DNA of 64,000 nucleotides from Eledone cirrhosa (Eukaryota): NCBI GenBank assembly GCA_964016885.1, contig OZ024740.1, positions 193,874,001 through 193,938,000 of the forward strand, given 5' to 3'. The notes under the pieces were generated by a model. That model saw only the letters and a program-made list of their open reading frames with translations, searched no databases and was not told the origin of the DNA. Positions within the stretch are counted from its first letter, which is position 1. The number at the start of each line of letters is the position of its first letter. The position numbers and the translations under genes are program-made. Below are positions 37,473 to 49,499 of the stretch, in pieces.

Positions 37473-38050
37473 AAGGTCTAGTAAATAGAGAAACAGTTTT
37501 AAAATAAATTTTAAAAAATTCACTGTACTTACTATATGTGCCTTTACCGCGGTTTCCGATCACAAAATAAATAGATAATCCAAGCGGATATCTATTGAGA
37601 AAGAGATCATCGTCAGAAGGCTTTTCTCACTCGGAGAATATAAAATTCTCCAGTTCAAATCACAGACTGGAGCCACACAAAACTGTTCCCGAATGAGACT
37701 GAATGAGAGAAGAAACGATTCCGTCTGGTACCGTGTGCAAAGACAAAGGCTAGGTGGACAGGTCAATGTACTGCTACTAAAAATAGCCGCCGTTTAAACG
37801 ACCAAAAGTGTTCTCTACTGTAGGGGAGAATAATAATAAAAGTATGTATTCCTACATGTAAATATTACACATAGGGGTACAAGTATTTTCCAACCGTATG
37901 CCAGTGTGGTTCAATGGCAAGTTAATGAATTAACAAGCCAGAACATATAAAATCAAGGTTTAGCAAATAGAGAAACAGTTTTAAAATACATTTCAAAAAA
38001 TTCAGGGTACTTACTATATGTGCCTTTACCGCGCTTTCAGATCACAAAAT
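37473..38050 (-). mobile_element. Retrozyme/PLE-like ~1.2-mer unit (482-nt period)
   Basis: ~100 nt direct repeat starting at 37471 and 37953. Carries an intact HHR. Confidence 0.75.
37540..37621 (-). ncRNA. Hammerhead ribozyme with extended stem II
   Basis: GCCTT-CTGACGA-TGATC..AATAGATA-TCC gctt GGA-tTATCTATT..GATCG-GAA-ACCGCGGT-A-AAGGC. Confidence 0.85.
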
Positions 38051-38310
38051 AACGGGATCATCTGAAACTAAAAAAAATGAGTAAATATTTCGAAAAACGT
38101 TGCAACCGAAAGAAAACAGGAAGACGATATTTTGGTTCGTGAAGACGTTCCCTAGCAATGAACGGAAAAAAGTGAAGATAATACGTCATTATGTGGAGCG
38201 TTGAGAAAAATTACACGCAAAGACAAAACCACGTTTATGGTATAAATGGAGTCATAGACTAATATTCTATTTAGCAAACCGAATGATTCTCGGCTTCAGA
38301 GTTAAGAATA

Positions 38311-38487
38311 ATTGTTTCTACTTTTGTGACAAGGCCAGCAATTAACCAGTGCATTACTGGTACTTTATTTTATCGACCCTGTAAGGATGAAAGGCAAAGT
38401 AAACCTCGGCGGGATTTGAACTCAGAATGGCAAGGACCGTAACTCTATGCGTCAAAGCATGGCGTCCGACCCTCTACCGATACTGCC
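38311..38487 (-). mobile_element. SINE family 1
   Basis: Near full-length reverse copy abutting a family C terminus. Confidence 0.85.
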
Positions 38488-38488
38488 A

Positions 38489-38718
38489 AAATAATAATAA
38501 TAAATTTGAAGACTAAAATCCAAAGAGGGCTCAATAAGGATAAATATATATCAAATATATAAGAACCGTAGAGCAAATATTTATTAAGTTAACAGATTAA
38601 AGTTTAAGCAAAAAATCGCTGCTTTCACCCTTAACGGGATCTTCTGAAACTCAGAAGATCCCGTTAAGGGTGAAAGCACCGATTCTTTGCTTAAACTTTA
38701 ATCTGTTAATTTAATAAA
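38489..38718. mobile_element. Fold-back element family C
   Basis: ~38577-38647 inverts 38651-38720, with the tail on the left. Confidence 0.85.
38601..38651 (-). ncRNA. Variant hammerhead (CAGAAGA core, family C)
   Basis: AGTTT-CAGAAGA-tCCC gttaa GGGt-GAA-AGCA gcgattttt TGCT-T-AAACT. Also at 40088-40138 (-) and 42579-42628 (-). Confidence 0.7.
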
Positions 38719-39899
38719 TAAATATATATATATATATATATACGCGACATGAAGTGGGTAACAAACTACCGTTGTAAATATACTTTAATATTTTGTATAC
38801 AACCTAACCTCACTAGTTATAACTGCTTTTTATGAAAACTCTTTCTCAAAACTTATGATAATATATATAAAATTATGTTTTATTACATGCCACTTTATAT
38901 TGAATTGCTTTGTTTCGAATATTATATTATGATGCGTAATGAGATGACATTTTCTTTCAATTCTTGTTTTTTTAAATCTTAGTTGAATAATGACGTGTAC
39001 ATTTAAAGGTGAAGCGAATTCCACTAACCAAGTAATATATTCTCCCTCTTTTTGGATCATCTAAAATATAGCGGATCGCAGAAGAGAAAACATGAATACG
39101 CTTTCCACCGTGAATTAATTATTCTTTTCTCTCTTGTTTATGAATTGCACTCGATTTTTTGAAGGCTCCCTCGAAGCACTCAACGAGAATAAATCAATAA
39201 ATTAATGTAATTAAACGTAAGTTAGGTAATGTGACAAATGAATAATGCGACCAGAGGTGTATTGCCTCCTTACTATTACAACAATGAAAATACAAACAGG
39301 TTAAAGACGAACCTGGACATGATCGATATATATTAGATATCAAACGATAAATATCGCCGTTAGGTTACTGGGAATCCATAAGCTACATTCCAAGTTGCGT
39401 ACATGCAAGTGGATAATGTATCCTAAGATGGAACAAGGATGCCCCTTCGTCAAAAGGCATTTTGTTCCGGTATCTACTAAGCACGGACGGCTTATGAACC
39501 TGACTGTCAACGACTATAGCAGTAACTTTGGCAGTGGGATAACGTGTTCTTTCGCAAGAAAAGAGGAAGTCCACATCCGTGTTTTGGTGGGTACATTCAA
39601 ACGTGTAGACAAAAGAATTTATCCACAGCCTCGAAGTAAGCTCTCAACAAGGTTTTCAAACAAACAATAAATAATTAATCAACCAATTAATCAATTAATC
39701 TATTAATTAATTAATTACAAATGCTAGAAGAAAATAATAATAACAATAGGGAGTATAACCGAAGTTGCAGCTGCAAGTCACATGTTCGCATTCGATTTTG
39801 TGGGGGCAGCAACGAAACACACAATAAGAAACCAATGCTCAGAGTAATTAACTAATTAACATATCTATATCTATCTATATATATATATATAGTAATAAT

Positions 39900-39987
39900 T
39901 GTTTCTACTTTTTGGCGCAAGGCCAGCAATTACCCAGTGTATTACTGGTACTTTATTTTATCGACCCTGTAAGGATGAAAGGAAAAG
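39900..39987 (-). mobile_element. 5'-truncated SINE family 1 with 13-nt TSD
   Basis: ATATAGTAATAAT at 39887-39899 and 39988-40000. Confidence 0.85.
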
Positions 39988-40207
39988 ATATAGTAATAAT
40001 AATAAGCGAAGAGGGCTTGATAAGGATAATATATATATACAAATATAAAATACTGTACAGTAAATATTTATTAAAATAACAGATTAAAGTTTAAGCAAAA
40101 AATCGCTGCTTTCACCCTTAACGGGATCTTCTGAAGCTTGTTTCACAACATCCTGTTAAGGGTGAAAGCAGCGATCCTTTGCTTAAACTTTTATATGTTA
40201 TTTTAAT
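39988..40207. mobile_element. Fold-back element family C
   Basis: ~40063-40128 inverts 40150-40215. Confidence 0.8.
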
Positions 40208-40241
40208 AAATAAATATTATATATATACATATATATATATA

Positions 40242-40782
40242 GTTATAATTGTGTGCGTGTGTGTGCATCCCCTGTTCAATTGTGGCTAACTAATTAAGGA
40301 ACTCAATACATAATATATATATATACAATGTTTAATAAAAAAAATGGCTTCTAGAGGAATAGAACTGCTTCCTTCGAAGGATATCATCTGGAAAGCCAAC
40401 TGTCATTGTGATATGGTGGTATTTAAGGAGAATATTCATGGAAATATCGATGTCAAGTTTGGTTAGCATGGTTTCTTGATGATAGTTAAGGTGGGCACGC
40501 TTAGGTCGCCATTTCTATATTACACATTATATATACTCTTCTAAGGATTGAGTACCTAATTTATTGTGATACTCGCGATTGAACCCGGGATACACATATT
40601 TTTTAGCACCTATCCATTTTCCTCTTAACCAATACCAATAACCATGCTGACCAAATTTGTCATCGATATTTCCATAAAAGATATCGCTAAATACCACCAT
40701 ATCACAATGACAGTTGGCTCTCCTAATGGTTTTCTTTGAATGAAACAGTTCTAGAACTGTAGAAGCCATTTCTATATTAAAC

Positions 40783-40786
<4 letters not shown>
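40242..40786. mobile_element. Older fold-back element family K with degenerate HHRs
   Basis: 40327-40473 is a diverged inverse of 40639-40786. Motif CTAATGG...GAAACAGTTCTAGAACTGTAGAAGCCA. ~80 nt tail on the left. Confidence 0.7.
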
Positions 40787-40845
<59 letters not shown>

Positions 40846-40847
40846 TC

Positions 40848-42523
40848 GACCGCCCCCCTCCCCCCACACTTATCCCCCACTAACACCACTAACACACCCC
40901 TCCTTTTCACCGCCCACCCCACACTAACACCACTAACACACCCCTCCTTTTCACCGCCCACCCCACACTAACAATACTAACACCTCCACTCCACCCCTCA
41001 TCTGACCACCCTTCCCCAACTAACATACTAACATCCCTTCCCTCCCCTCTTCTCCTCCTCCCCCCTCTTATCACACGCACACACCCACCTGCACATATAT
41101 ACACACGCTCACACTAAACACACACCCTACTACCACCACTAACCCTCCCCCCACACCTCCCCCCACACCTCCATCCCACCACCCCGCAACTAACCTCACT
41201 AACACCCCCTAACCCCAAGCACACGAACACACGCACCCACTTACACCACCCACCCCACACGCAACTAAAATCACTAACACCCTCTAACCCCACGCACATG
41301 TACCCACACACCCTCGTACACCACCAACTCTACACACCCTACTACCACTAAGCCCCACCCCCACCTGCATTCAACCCCTCCCCACCTCCCGTATACTAAC
41401 ACCCACTAACACCTCTTCATCAAACTACACACACACCAGTACACCACACTCCCTCCATAGAACCACACACACCCTTCTCTCCCCGCTCCACCCACACCCT
41501 CGCTCCACACTCACTCATCCCACTAACACCCCTACTAATACACACACACACACACACACACCCACCTCACTCCAACTTTCACACCTACCCATCATCGCCC
41601 CTTACCATTCCACCTACTGCTGCTATGCCCTTCTGACCACCTCCCAGCACCAACAGACCACAGCGCTCCCACTGCTGACCACTTCCTGTTGCGCGCGCAC
41701 CCCACATCTCTCCTCTTCCGACCACCGCTTCATGGATTACCCACACGCAGAAATTGACTTACAACCAATCCTCTAAACATCCTTGGAACTTACCAACTTT
41801 TCAACCATCCTCTTACGTAATCACCTATATAACTCACCCACACACACACCCCCAAAAAATTGTTTTCTCCACACGCCACCCACACCCACAACACGCTTAA
41901 ACCCCACACACACGTGCTTCCCACCACATATTTACACCCTCAGCCTCCTGATTCCTCTCACCCCACCCCCCCTATCCACACACGCACAGACATTCCGACC
42001 CACAAAAACACCCCCCACACACACCTCTTCCTGAACATGCAACCCCGTTCTTCCCCCATCCCTTACTTTCATATACACACACACATACACACACGCACAC
42101 CTACACACACACACCACCTTCAGCCCTCCCCGCTCGGACACCCCGTCTCCCTCTCCCCACTCCACCCGCCACCACCCCTACTCACCCCACACCCTTGCAC
42201 CACCTGTTTACCCCCCTTTTAATTTCAGTTTATTTTGATCATGCCTTTATTTTTAAATTTTCTCATTCCTTGTATTTTAATCATGCTTTATTTTTATTTT
42301 TTATCTTTATTTGTTATTTTTTCATTCGCACCGTTTCCTTTCGCTATATGTCTCTCTACCACTCCCCTACACACCTTTTGAACTCTGTTCCCACACACTT
42401 CTCACCTGAGGAAGGGCTTATGCCCGAAACGTCGTCCCCCACCTACCCCCCACTCTCCTGAGCGTGAAATTAATAAACATTTATTGTACTGCCTCTCTGT
42501 TTTGTCCCTGTTCAAATTTTTAC

Positions 42524-42525
<2 letters not shown>
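40848..42525 (+). mobile_element. C/A-rich low-complexity element ending in an HHR-like motif (probable PLE terminal region)
   Basis: Bounded by (TA)n. Extreme C over G skew. CTGAGGA-a-GGGC ttat GCCC-GAAACGTCGTC at 42406-42436 and AATAAA at ~42472. Confidence 0.55.
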
Positions 42526-42560
<35 letters not shown>

Positions 42561-42567
<7 letters not shown>

Positions 42568-42765
42568 TAACAGATTAAAGTTAAGCAAAGAATCGCTGCT
42601 TTCACCCTTAACGGGATCTTCTGAAACTAACAAAGTCAATCTGTAAACGCAGAAGTGGATATTTCAAAAAACGTTGCAACCGGAGAAAGACAGGAAGACG
42701 ATACTTTGGTTCCTGGAAACGTTCGCTGGCAAAGAACGGGAAAAAAACGAATATAATACGTCATG
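42561..42765 (-). mobile_element. Family C single arm with variant HHR
   Basis: Starts at (TA)n with ATTAAAATAACAG and is collinear with 38050-38190. Confidence 0.8.
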
Positions 42766-42865
42766 AATAGGTGAAATAGCTCAGATTACATTCATTGTAT
42801 TCTGCCATGTAGAGCAAATCTTTTTATTTTTATTTTAATTTGGCAAAGCTGACCATTTATCGCCT

Positions 42866-42968
42866 GGTCAGTCTGCTGATATGCAAATCTGGCTGATCAG
42901 TGGATCTGCTAATATGCAGATCTGACTGATAAGCCAGTCTGCTAATATGCAAATCAGGCCTATCAGTC
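42866..42968. repeat. 33-nt tandem repeat x3
   Basis: TCTGCT(A/G)ATATGCA(A/G)ATC recurs every 33 nt. Confidence 0.8.
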
Positions 42969-43514
42969 ACTGTATATTTTAGAAAATAGCATATATTTTC
43001 AATAGCTCTGACAGTTGGCAAGTGAACAGTGAGCTGTACTGATGAAGGGTGATAACCAGAAACATTAGTGTCTGCAGTTCTGTTTACATGCCAACACAAG
43101 AGCAAGAATAAAGAGTTCATTCTGCTGACATGGCTTTAAAAATGTGGCTTGTTTGCATAATTTCAAATGAATCGAATGTTATTAATATTCGAAAATCTCA
43201 GATTACATTTATTGTATTCAGCCATGTCGAGCGAATTTTTTTTTTTTTTTCAGATATTGATATAGATATATTTCTTTATTTGCCACAAGGGCGCACAAGA
43301 AAAGGGGACAATACAAAGATATGCCGGAGATTTTACATACAGTAGCGTAAAAAATATAAAACAAACAATTACAACAATCGAAATCCCCAATAGGGCGGAA
43401 GCGTCACAAATGGGTTGTTTAATACCCCGTCGATAGAACAACCCTAGAACAACCCTCAACTTCAGGAGCATGTGGTGCAAGGGCCCCTTTCTTCCTTTTG
43501 TTCTCTTCTTTAAC

Positions 43515-46500
43515 CTACAGGCTTATAAACAGAGAAGGCCCAATGACTCGGGCCATTTTCGCTTCATTCACCCACATTTCAGTAAATTTACTGGGGTGCC
43601 GTGCCTCTCTCTCCACTCTGATTCTCCTTCTAAAGTGATACTTAAAGAAGGGAATCAATTGTTGTCCGGAGAGAAAGGCATCTGTTCTCAGTCCTCTCAA
43701 TCTCGTCCACCATATAACTTCTTTAACCATAGCCACTGTACAGAGGAAAACCACCTCTCTTTCGTTTTTGAAAGAGGCTGGCGGTTTGATCCTTACTATG
43801 GACTCGGCAGTCAACTGGATTTGTCCCATACGCGACAGCAGTTGTTCTGCATAGTTCCACAGGTCGGTTACACCCGGGAAGTGTACAATTGCGTGCAGGA
43901 CGGTTTCAATGTCCTGCGCGCATCTTCGACACGTCCTCTTGGAAAGATCCCTGCCGGGGCGTCTGTGCCTGTAGATATTGTCACGAACCGGTAGAGCTCC
44001 TCGGTAGCACTTCCAGGGACCGCTGAACGTTGTCCATAGATCCCAGGCGAAAGGTCCTACCAAACAGACTGGTGAGCTCATCGTCTTCGACGCCCAGAGT
44101 CTCTGCGAGCACGTCGTCGCCCTTGTAACGTACAATCCATCTATAGAACGTCGAAGTGGAGTCTCCACTGATTGCTGTGCCCGCTTGCCAGAGGACTGTG
44201 AGCGCCAGAGCGCATTCAATGTGCCAGGTGCCCATCGTTTTCGGTCTTTTCTTGACCCAGGTCTGCAACTCCGTCAGCGAGACGAACTGCGGGAAGGCCT
44301 GTCTCACAAACGGTGCCCACACTGGTTGGGGGTCGGTGAGCAATAACTGGAGATGCCGCAGCCTCAGCACTTGTTTGCGCATCATCAGCCACAGCATTCC
44401 CAGCCCTCCGTTGGAAGGGTGCTGACAGCAGACGGATCTCCTCACCAGCGGAGCCTGCTTCTTCCACAGAAACTGGAAGAGCATGCGCTCAATCTTGGCG
44501 AGGTGTTCACGGAGACAAAGCACGACAGTCAAGTGGTAGTAGCTGACGGACGCTATGAAAGCGTTCGCCACCTCTGCTCGACTTTTCAAGGACAGTTTGC
44601 ACTCTGCCCACTTCTGGGTGAGCGCAAACACCTTGGCCGTGACCTCGTTCCAATTTTTCTCCACCTGGTGCTCTGAATCGAACCAGACCCCGAGAACTTT
44701 CACCGATCCGTCCGTCTAGCGTCCAACGACGCTGTCGGACGACATGGGTTTTCCTCTCCACGTACCGAGTTGCAAACCGACAGACTTGTGCGGGTTTAGT
44801 TTTGCTCCCGTCAGCGATTCGTATACTTTCAGTAAGTTGCCGATCACTCCGATTTCCAAGGTGCTTGACACCCCCTTACCGTCACGTCGTCGGCATAAGC
44901 CGACGCCGCTTTGAGCAGTCCCTGTTCTAGAGAGATGCACTTTAACAGCTCCAATTTCCTCAGTAGTGGCTCTACAGTCAATACATACAGAATGGAGGAG
45001 AGAGGGCACCCCTGTCGAATGGAACCCGTGATTGCGAACGGCTCTGATAGGTAGCCGTTCACCTTGACCCTCGAGCAGATGCTGGTGTGCATCGCCTCGA
45101 TTCAGCCTCTGAAAACGAGACCGAAACCGGCCGCTTTGTGAACCACTTCCAAGTATCGATGGTCGACCCTATCGAATGCCTTAGACTGATCCAAATTGAT
45201 CAGAGCCCCACCGAAGCCGGGTTTACTACCCACGCTCTCTATGATGTATCGCATGAGGTGGAGGTTATTGTGTATGGACCTGGTCGGGATTGCACACGTT
45301 TGCGCTTTCCTTACCAGGTTCTCGACGACAAGCGCCATCCTCGCCGCTAGCACCTTGGCCAAAATCTTTAACTCTGTGTTGAGCAGAGTTATGGGCCTGA
45401 AGTTGTTAATATCGTCCCCCTTGTTCTCGTCTTTCCTGATCAGCGTTACTACGCCCTTGCCTGCAGAACTGGGAATTCTCCCGTTCTGCTGCCAATTGCA
45501 GTAGACGGCCTCGAGGACGCCAGATAACCAAGTTCGGCATGCCTATGTAAAACTTATAGGGCGACCATCTAAACAGTGTGACTTGCGTTGACCGCAGCGA
45601 CCCAGAGCGTCCCGTATCTCAGTGTCCGTAATCGGTCTTTCGCAGAACTCGGCGTCCGTGTTTGAGAGACGCGGCAGGCCGTCGAGGTATGAACTAAAGT
45701 CCATTGCCCCGTTCGGCTCACCGTCGTTCTGCTCAAACAGCCGCGCAAAATGCTGCTGAAAGGCCGCGCACATTTGCTTGGGGTCAAGTAGCACGCGTCC
45801 GTTTTGGCCTTTCAAAGACGGAATCGTGGACTTGTTGCCACTTTTTGCCTCCGCCACTCGGGCCCAGCTGACAGCTGTCGCTCCTTCGTTTCCTAGAGCA
45901 CGTGTTTTGCTTCTGACCACGCAGCCTTCGTGTTTCGCATCGAAGAACTGGTCCAGTGCCGTTCTCCATGCTAACACTCTAGCTGCGTTGCCACTTCTAG
46001 GAGCCTCCCCTACCTTGGCTACTAGTTTTCTTTCTATTTTGTTTTTTCTCTAAGGCTAACTCTCTGCTAAACCCTATTCGATTCTACACTAATTACTTTC
46101 TTGAGAGAGTACCACCATCTATTGATGACGATGGCTCCCATTAACTGTTGCTTGACTAGTCTACTTATCCGTTCACTGTAAGTTTTACGTGCCGGCAACG
46201 ACACGTTCAGCTTCCAGTATCCACGTTCCTGTTTATGTGTTCTCACACGGTTGACTATGCAGACGACTAATTTGTGATCTGAATAGGCAACCATGTGCAT
46301 TCGTGGACAGCTTAACATCTCCTTGTCCCTTTCTCTAATGAAGAACCTATCTAAATACTATGTAGATGTCACGCTGCGGTTTGCCCACGTCCACTGTGGT
46401 GCAGTCGGGAAATCCAGTCGATACCTATACGCCAGTTGGAATTGGCCGATTAAAGTTTTGAGGCGGTTGTTGCACCCCCTTCTACTGGGACATGCTCCCA

Positions 46501-46961
46501 CATAGTCCCTTCGTGCATCTAGGATACCAATCCAGTCTCGCACTAAAAGTAAGGAGCGAGACGTTCCCAGAAAATACTCTAGACGCTTAAAGAAGTCTGC
46601 CCGTGATTGCGATTGCCCGGTCGGGGAATAAACGGCCACCAGTCTGAAGGCTCCACTTCAATACTGTTCACGTCTAGGACTACCAGTCTACCCTCCGGGT
46701 CCAAGTGTACTTGCTGTAGTTCGACGTCCAGGTTCTTCCGAAACACGACAGCCACTCCCCTCCACCTCCTGGCTGACAGAGAGATGCGTAGATCTCAAAG
46801 TCGTCGAAGATGGCGGTTAGTTGCTGCTTGTTGCGGATCCTGGATTCGGTGATGGCTATCACATCCATACCGTGTGACCTAAGATCGTTTAAAAGTTGGC
46901 CCTGTTTCCAGGGCATCCTTAGGCCACGCACATTCACGGTTCCAACACGTAAACTAACCAT
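43515..46961 (-). pseudogene. Tx1 ORF2 (AP endonuclease, reverse transcriptase, C-terminal zinc finger), frameshifted
   Basis: GTVNVRGLR, SDHKLV, GYWKLN, LDQSKAFDRVDH, IRQGCPLS, AYADD, KVLGVWF, GGLG and CRRC..ETVLH motifs across successive frames. Confidence 0.95.
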
Positions 46962-47002
46962 GTTGGTGGAGAAGAGTTGGCGAAAAGGACGAAAAGGTGC
47001 AC

Positions 47003-48814
47003 TTACTTTTTCGTTTCCTGGAGATCGGGTTGTTCAATCTCCATTTCAGTTCTGGTGGGGGTGTTGGGTGTGGTGGGGAAACATTTTAATAGGACGCGGT
47101 TAATAGGTTTTTGACAGGGGTTGCCAACATCCTGCGAAAACTGTTCTTTCAATTTCTGATAGATTTCTATCGAAACCCTTATTAGTTTTAGGAGTGGAGA
47201 CGATTCTGCTTTGACGAATGTTTTGCCCTCCGTCTCCACCTGGGGTTTTGGGAGATGACCTCCATCAAACTCTTGTTGTTTGTGTTGATGTATGCGTATT
47301 GTTGTTTGTGTTTTTGTTGTGTTGTTTTAGTTTGTTGTTCGTCCGGGCGTGTTCTTTTTATGGTGGGTGCTTGTGTTTGGGGTGGTGTTGGTGCTGGTTT
47401 TGCTGGTAGGGGGATGTTTGACAGTGGTGTTGTTTGTGTTGTTGTTCGTGTCTGTGGTTCTGTGTTGGTGTTGGTGGTTTGAGTTTTGGGGGTTTTATGG
47501 TGTCTCTTTTTTTGTTTTTTAGATTTCCGAGACTCTCCTTCTTCTTCACTTAAAGAAGGAGTAGCAGCCTCATCTGTTGTTGAATAATCATCGTCAGGAG
47601 TGTGGGGTAGGTTTATATTGTGTGTTGGTGGTGTTTCGGTGTGTGTGTTTGTGGTAGTGTTTGATGAAGTGGGATGGGGTGGGGCTGTGTTCTTCAGGGG
47701 TGCTGTCTGTGTTTTTTCTGTTGTTTGTGGTCGAGTGGTTGTTTGTTTGGGTATGTTTGCTTGTTTTGTGCGTTGTTGTTGTTGTGGTTGTGGTGGTGGT
47801 GATTGTTTTGTTGTTGGTGTTGGTAAAAGTACTTTTTTTTAAAGATTTGTTTGTAAAGGGCAGGAGGCTTGTAGGTGTGATGCGCTTGCACATCGAAAAC
47901 AGTGTGGCTTCGCCCTCGGTTACGATGTTGATGTATTTCTGGTTGTCGACCAGCACTCTTTCGGGGATTTGGGAAATTCTTTCTGGTGTCATCTGTATCA
48001 GAATTTCCAAATTTGTCCCTGTCCTCCTTTGTCTGGTCGACTTCCTGACCGAAAGAATTGTATCACTTTCTGGTTCTATAAAACCTTCTAAGATCCACCA
48101 AATATTGATGTTTGGTGGTATATTATTTATTTTATTTTTTTGTATTCTTTTTCCCATGTAAGTAGGGAAAAAGCTGTGTGTTTTTGTGATCACTGGTGTA
48201 ACAGAATGCTTTTGTGATATGGCCTCACTTTTAAAAAGTACCGAAATACTTCCATATAGTCTGGCCCTCTGCATAAAATCAATATCCGGCAGTTTCTTTC
48301 AAGGTGGTTCAATTTCCCCTTGACTGGGGAATACCGGTTTTTTCGCTTGATTTAAAGGTTGCTGTCCTTCGAACTGTTTCTCGTTTAATTTGCAAGGGTG
48401 AGTTTATATGAAACCCACCCTTTTCTTCAAAGGTTATGAATTGATTTGCATCGGTCAACATTTGTTTGGAGTTGCTTATGTTGATGTGTTTGTACTCTGT
48501 TTTATTTATCACAGTCTGTGCGAATGTTTTTTTTTTTCAATTTTGTTGTTGTTGTTGGTTTTTTCGTAAGTAGTTGTGTCAATTGTTTCAATTTCTGCAT
48601 TTTCTGTATTTTTTGGTGTCTGTTGTGGGCTGTTAGTTTCATCTTTTGTTTTGTAAATATCCATTTCTTTACGAAACGAAGTTTTGTTGTTGTTTGCCTC
48701 CATAGATACTTCTATGGAAATAGAGGGAGACATAGCGGTTATATCTGTCTCTTTCCCTCTCTTCTCGCTGTCTAGCGTTCGCTGTAAGTCACACATTGTT
48801 AAAGTTAGGAACAT
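47003..48814 (-). pseudogene. Tx1 ORF1 (gag-like, CCHC knuckle), disrupted
   Basis: CFRCASASHLQASC knuckle at 47860-47901 followed by a T/N/K/Q-rich low-complexity tail. Confidence 0.75.
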
Positions 48815-48997
48815 TTAAAAAACTTGTCAATTATTTTAATTAAATTTCCGCCCCTGTGGGGCGAAAACTGAGATTACCACCCAGCTGACAATTCAGCTTG
48901 GGTTTTAATCTATCAAACAATATACATTTTTACACAATAAATTCTGTTTTTGTATAGAAAAGTTTACAAAAACTTACCAACGATCTACTACACGTCC

Positions 48998-49122
<125 letters not shown>

Positions 49123-49267
49123 AAATAAACAGACAAAGAAATGTGTTTTGAATTACATGGGTCTGAGACTACGTTGGTACAATGCATATTAACCATGAAC
49201 AAACAGAAAAAACATAATAACCGAAAGAAATTAATTAAAATGTATTAACGATTTCAATAGCTATTAA

Positions 49268-49351
49268 ACTACTGGACACACTACGGATAGAGTTTGTTTC
49301 GCTGAAAATTAGTGGCTGTGTCACATAATCCTAGCGCTCCTCAACAGGAGT
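49268..49351 (-). ncRNA. Degenerate hammerhead motif
   Basis: ACTcCTG-TTGAGGA-GC..GATTA.GTG/CAC.TAATT..GC-GAA-ACA...TGT-C-CAGtAGT. Confidence 0.5.
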
Positions 49352-49499
49352 AAGAATTATCTGCACAGCACACCTAGAGATAATTTAGGTAACTAAATAT
49401 CGCACGTGGTGTATATATAGTAAGAGAACAAATAAAACCCGTGCGACAGACAGCACATAGTCTCAACATAAGACGAGAGAAATGGTTAGGAGATTTTCT

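Larger units (their letters stand above)
37438..38215 (-). mobile_element. Family C copy interrupted inside its HHR by a 482-nt-period element
   Basis: Family C runs to GAATC (37472) and resumes at TAACGGGATC (~38050), continuing like 42610-42765. Confidence 0.8.
43270..48997 (-). mobile_element. Tx1-clade (L1 group) LINE, near full length, decayed
   Basis: ORF1, then APE-RT-zinc finger ORF2 and a 3' UTR with AATAAA. The 5' end begins GGACGTGT directly after (TATC)n. Confidence 0.9.
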
